Origin: a virus
UHGV virus genome: UHGV-0207212
Strand: one strand, 5' to 3'
Length of the DNA: 36,843 bases
Each line of letters begins with the position of its first letter. Positions within the stretch are counted from its first letter, which is position 1. Below are positions 35,029 through 36,843 of this stretch, one piece after another. Position numbers and translations under genes: made by a program. The notes beneath the pieces were generated by a model, which saw only the letters and a program-made list of their open reading frames with translations, was not told where the DNA came from and did no database searches.

Positions 35029-35038
35029 TATAGTCTTT
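35029..35038 (-). promoter_or_regulatory. First late promoter motif
   Basis: AAAGACTATA 5 nt before the ATG at 35023. Confidence 0.75.
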
Positions 35039-35044
35039 TTTAAT

Positions 35045-35072
35045 AAAAAGGGCTGCCGTTTTCTGGCAGTCC
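35045..35072 (-). terminator. Terminator separating the early and late regions
   Basis: GACTGCC/GGCAGCC stem plus T-run. Confidence 0.6.
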
Positions 35073-35081
35073 GCAGTTTTT

Positions 35082-35336
35082 TTATAAGGAATTAATCCAG
35101 TCTTCAATCTGTGTTTTTGAAACTCCGTTTCTGTATTTTTCTTTTATTGCCTGTAATTTTTCAGGACTGTTCCTGTACCGCTTTCCGCTGAACCTTTCGT
35201 ATCTTTTAGGGTGGTTTTTGTAATATCTTTCTATTGCCTTTTTAAGATTCACTTGAGATACGCATTCCTTGGAGCAGTATTTCTTGTTTGTTATTGCGTT
35301 GAATTCATTTCCGCATATTTTACAAATTCTCAACAT
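35082..35336 (-). CDS. Small zinc-finger protein
   Basis: CKICG...YCSKEC. Confidence 0.65.
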   Translation of the reverse strand: MLRICKICGNEFNAITNKKYCSKECVSQVNLKKAIERYYKNHPKRYERFSGKRYRNSPEKLQAIKEKYRNGVSKTQIEDWINSL

Positions 35337-35349
35337 CTTGTAACTTCCT

Positions 35350-35559
35350 TCAAAAAAGACTTGGATTCTGCCTTTCTGTTTCTTTCTTCTGACGTTCTTC
35401 CAGAATCCTGTCCACTTCTTTCTCGTAGCTTTTGGATTCTGTCATTGCGCTTTGTGAGCGCGTCCTGAAGTACTTTTTCTGTGCTGTTCTCATTTTAAAA
35501 ACCAAATCCGTAAATTCTCCAGTTGTCATTTCTGCTTTCCCCTTTTTAATCATATTCAA
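35350..35559 (-). CDS. Hypothetical phage protein
   Basis: MRTAQKKYFRTRS...EKEVD; start probably at MTTGEF. Confidence 0.6.
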   Translation of the reverse strand: MNMIKKGKAEMTTGEFTDLVFKMRTAQKKYFRTRSQSAMTESKSYEKEVDRILEERQKKETERQNPSLF

Positions 35560-35691
35560 TTTTTGTTATCTCTATAAATTCTGTCATTTGACGGTAAAAC
35601 ATTTCTTCAGACTCTTTAAGGGAATCCGCATAGACACATAGAAACGACCAGCCGCCACGCAGAAATTCGTAAACAAAAGTAAATCTTTTTT

Positions 35692-35907
35692 TCATTTTTC
35701 CAAAAGCCCTCGTGCTATCTTTGTCTGAAAATCATCAAAATGCTTTTTGATTTCCCTGTGCGCTTCTTCCGTATTCATTCCGTCAAAGCAGTAGTCGCCG
35801 CTTAAGCTACGCCATGGACACAATTTCCCATATTTCCGGTATGCGCTTTCGCAGTTATTACATTTTGCTTTCAAAATATCATCTTCTGTCATTTTCACCT
35901 CCAGCAC
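35692..35907 (-). CDS. Hypothetical Cys-containing protein
   Basis: GGAGG RBS before MTEDD. Confidence 0.55.
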   Translation of the reverse strand: MLEVKMTEDDILKAKCNNCESAYRKYGKLCPWRSLSGDYCFDGMNTEEAHREIKKHFDDFQTKIARGLLEK

Positions 35908-36281
35908 GGTCTCTTGACCGCGTTTTTTCCGGCCGCGAACTCGTCAGCCTCTTTCTTTGTTAGACCGCATTTCACAACAACGTAGCCCATAAGCTCATTG
36001 TTCCATACGGACACACGCCAACAGTACCGCGGGCCCTTTTTCTTTCTTGCAGCGGCCTTTCTTTTTCCCGGTCTTTTCTTTTCAGTTTTAGTCTTAGGCC
36101 GTCCGGGTTGCTTGTCAATTTTCAAGTCCTGAACCATTTCATCAGTAAAGAAGCAGTAGCGCCATTGCTTTACAGGGACTATGTCATGTCTTTTAACTTT
36201 CTTGGAAAATCCAGATTTTGATTTTAGCCCCAAAATCTTCATGGCTTCTTCTGTTGTGTATAATTTTTTTTCTGCATTCAT
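35895..36281 (-). CDS. Excisionase/MerR-like HTH DNA-binding protein
   Basis: LYTTEEAMKILGLKS; basic linker. Confidence 0.6.
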   Translation of the reverse strand: MNAEKKLYTTEEAMKILGLKSKSGFSKKVKRHDIVPVKQWRYCFFTDEMVQDLKIDKQPGRPKTKTEKKRPGKRKAAARKKKGPRYCWRVSVWNNELMGYVVVKCGLTKKEADEFAAGKNAVKRPCWR

Positions 36282-36586
36282 AGTTTATCCCCTATACCCA
36301 CTGCTCTTTTTCTGTTTTTCTCAAGGCAATCCGCTACCGCCTTGTCAAGGTCGATTTCCTCGGCATGGGCGATTATTGCGGCGCAACAGATTATATCCGC
36401 AAGCTCGGAGGCGAAACGGTCTTTAAAAATTTCCTGCTCGGGCTTGTTCAGCTGCGGATAGCAGTCCATGACTGTGTACGCTTCCGTTGCCTCGATAACT
36501 TCTGTCGCGCAGTGCTTGAGCATATCTCTTGTCTTAACGGATAAATGCGCGCCGTTCTCCTGCCGCTTCTTTGCAGATAATTTCAA
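36278..36586 (-). CDS. MazG-like NTP pyrophosphohydrolase (start possibly disrupted)
   Basis: EVIEA...SELADII...IDLDKAV...KNRKR. Confidence 0.65.
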   Translation of the reverse strand: MKLSAKKRQENGAHLSVKTRDMLKHCATEVIEATEAYTVMDCYPQLNKPEQEIFKDRFASELADIICCAAIIAHAEEIDLDKAVADCLEKNRKRAVGIGDKL

Positions 36587-36707
36587 ATCCCTGTTGCAGT
36601 ACTGGGTCTTTAAGTGCCATACTAATTCTGTTTTTCATCTCGTCTTTAGTCATTTTTTAATCTCCTTTTGGGGTATTAATTCTTCCTCAAAAAAGAATTG
36701 TCATAGA

Positions 36708-36843
36708 TTATCGGATATTCCATTTTTCCACTCCAAACAAAGCCTTCAAGCGTTGCTCTTGCGCCGGGTAGTGCTCGTGTAATACATCAGCCATTGATTT
36801 TCCTTGCTCTTCATAATCTCCGTAAGCAGTAAAAACCTTTGCC
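36708..36843 (-). CDS. 3' part of a small ORF that starts at position 14 across the circular junction
   Basis: GGAGG-ATG GAA TTT GAC AA|G GCA AAG GTT... gives MEFDKAKVFTAYGDY...WNIR*. Confidence 0.65.
   Translation of the reverse strand, partial: AKVFTAYGDYEEQGKSMADVLHEHYPAQEQRLKALFGVEKWNIR

Larger units (their letters stand above)
1..36843. mobile_element. Complete, probably circular, temperate myovirus-type phage genome
   Basis: Full set of replication, packaging, head, lysis and contractile-tail genes; an ORF reads in frame across the 36843/1 junction. Confidence 0.9.

Overview
The window is most likely a complete, circular 36.8-kb temperate myophage genome: joining base 36843 to base 1 restores an in-frame ORF with its own RBS. 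The host is probably a Treponema-like spirochaete (inference). Almost all genes are on the minus strand. They comprise an early replication/recombination block (SSB, Rad52/Sak-like SSAP, initiator with internal iterons, a sigma-region-2-like protein), terminase, portal, MuF, RusA, a lysis cassette, prohead protease, scaffold, major capsid, neck and a contractile tail/baseplate. Four things stand out. (1) Three head-module genes carry probable BECR/LPD-type nuclease domains, share a scaffold-like amphipathic peptide, and each hides a consensus sigma70 promoter in its last codons that would drive a short, structured, terminator-ended antisense RNA, one of them tRNA-shaped. This is a candidate capsid-loaded nuclease/RNA-antitoxin system. 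(2) A -10-only late promoter motif, AAAGACTATA, lies exactly 5 nt before the ATG of seven genes, and there is a candidate half-sigma factor to read it. (3) A 44-bp inverted repeat defines an invertible tail-fibre tip, but no invertase is recognisable. (4) An IS1202/ISNCY-like DDE enzyme without IS ends occupies the integrase slot next to a dif-like sequence. Protein family calls come from motif recognition and synteny, not from database searches.
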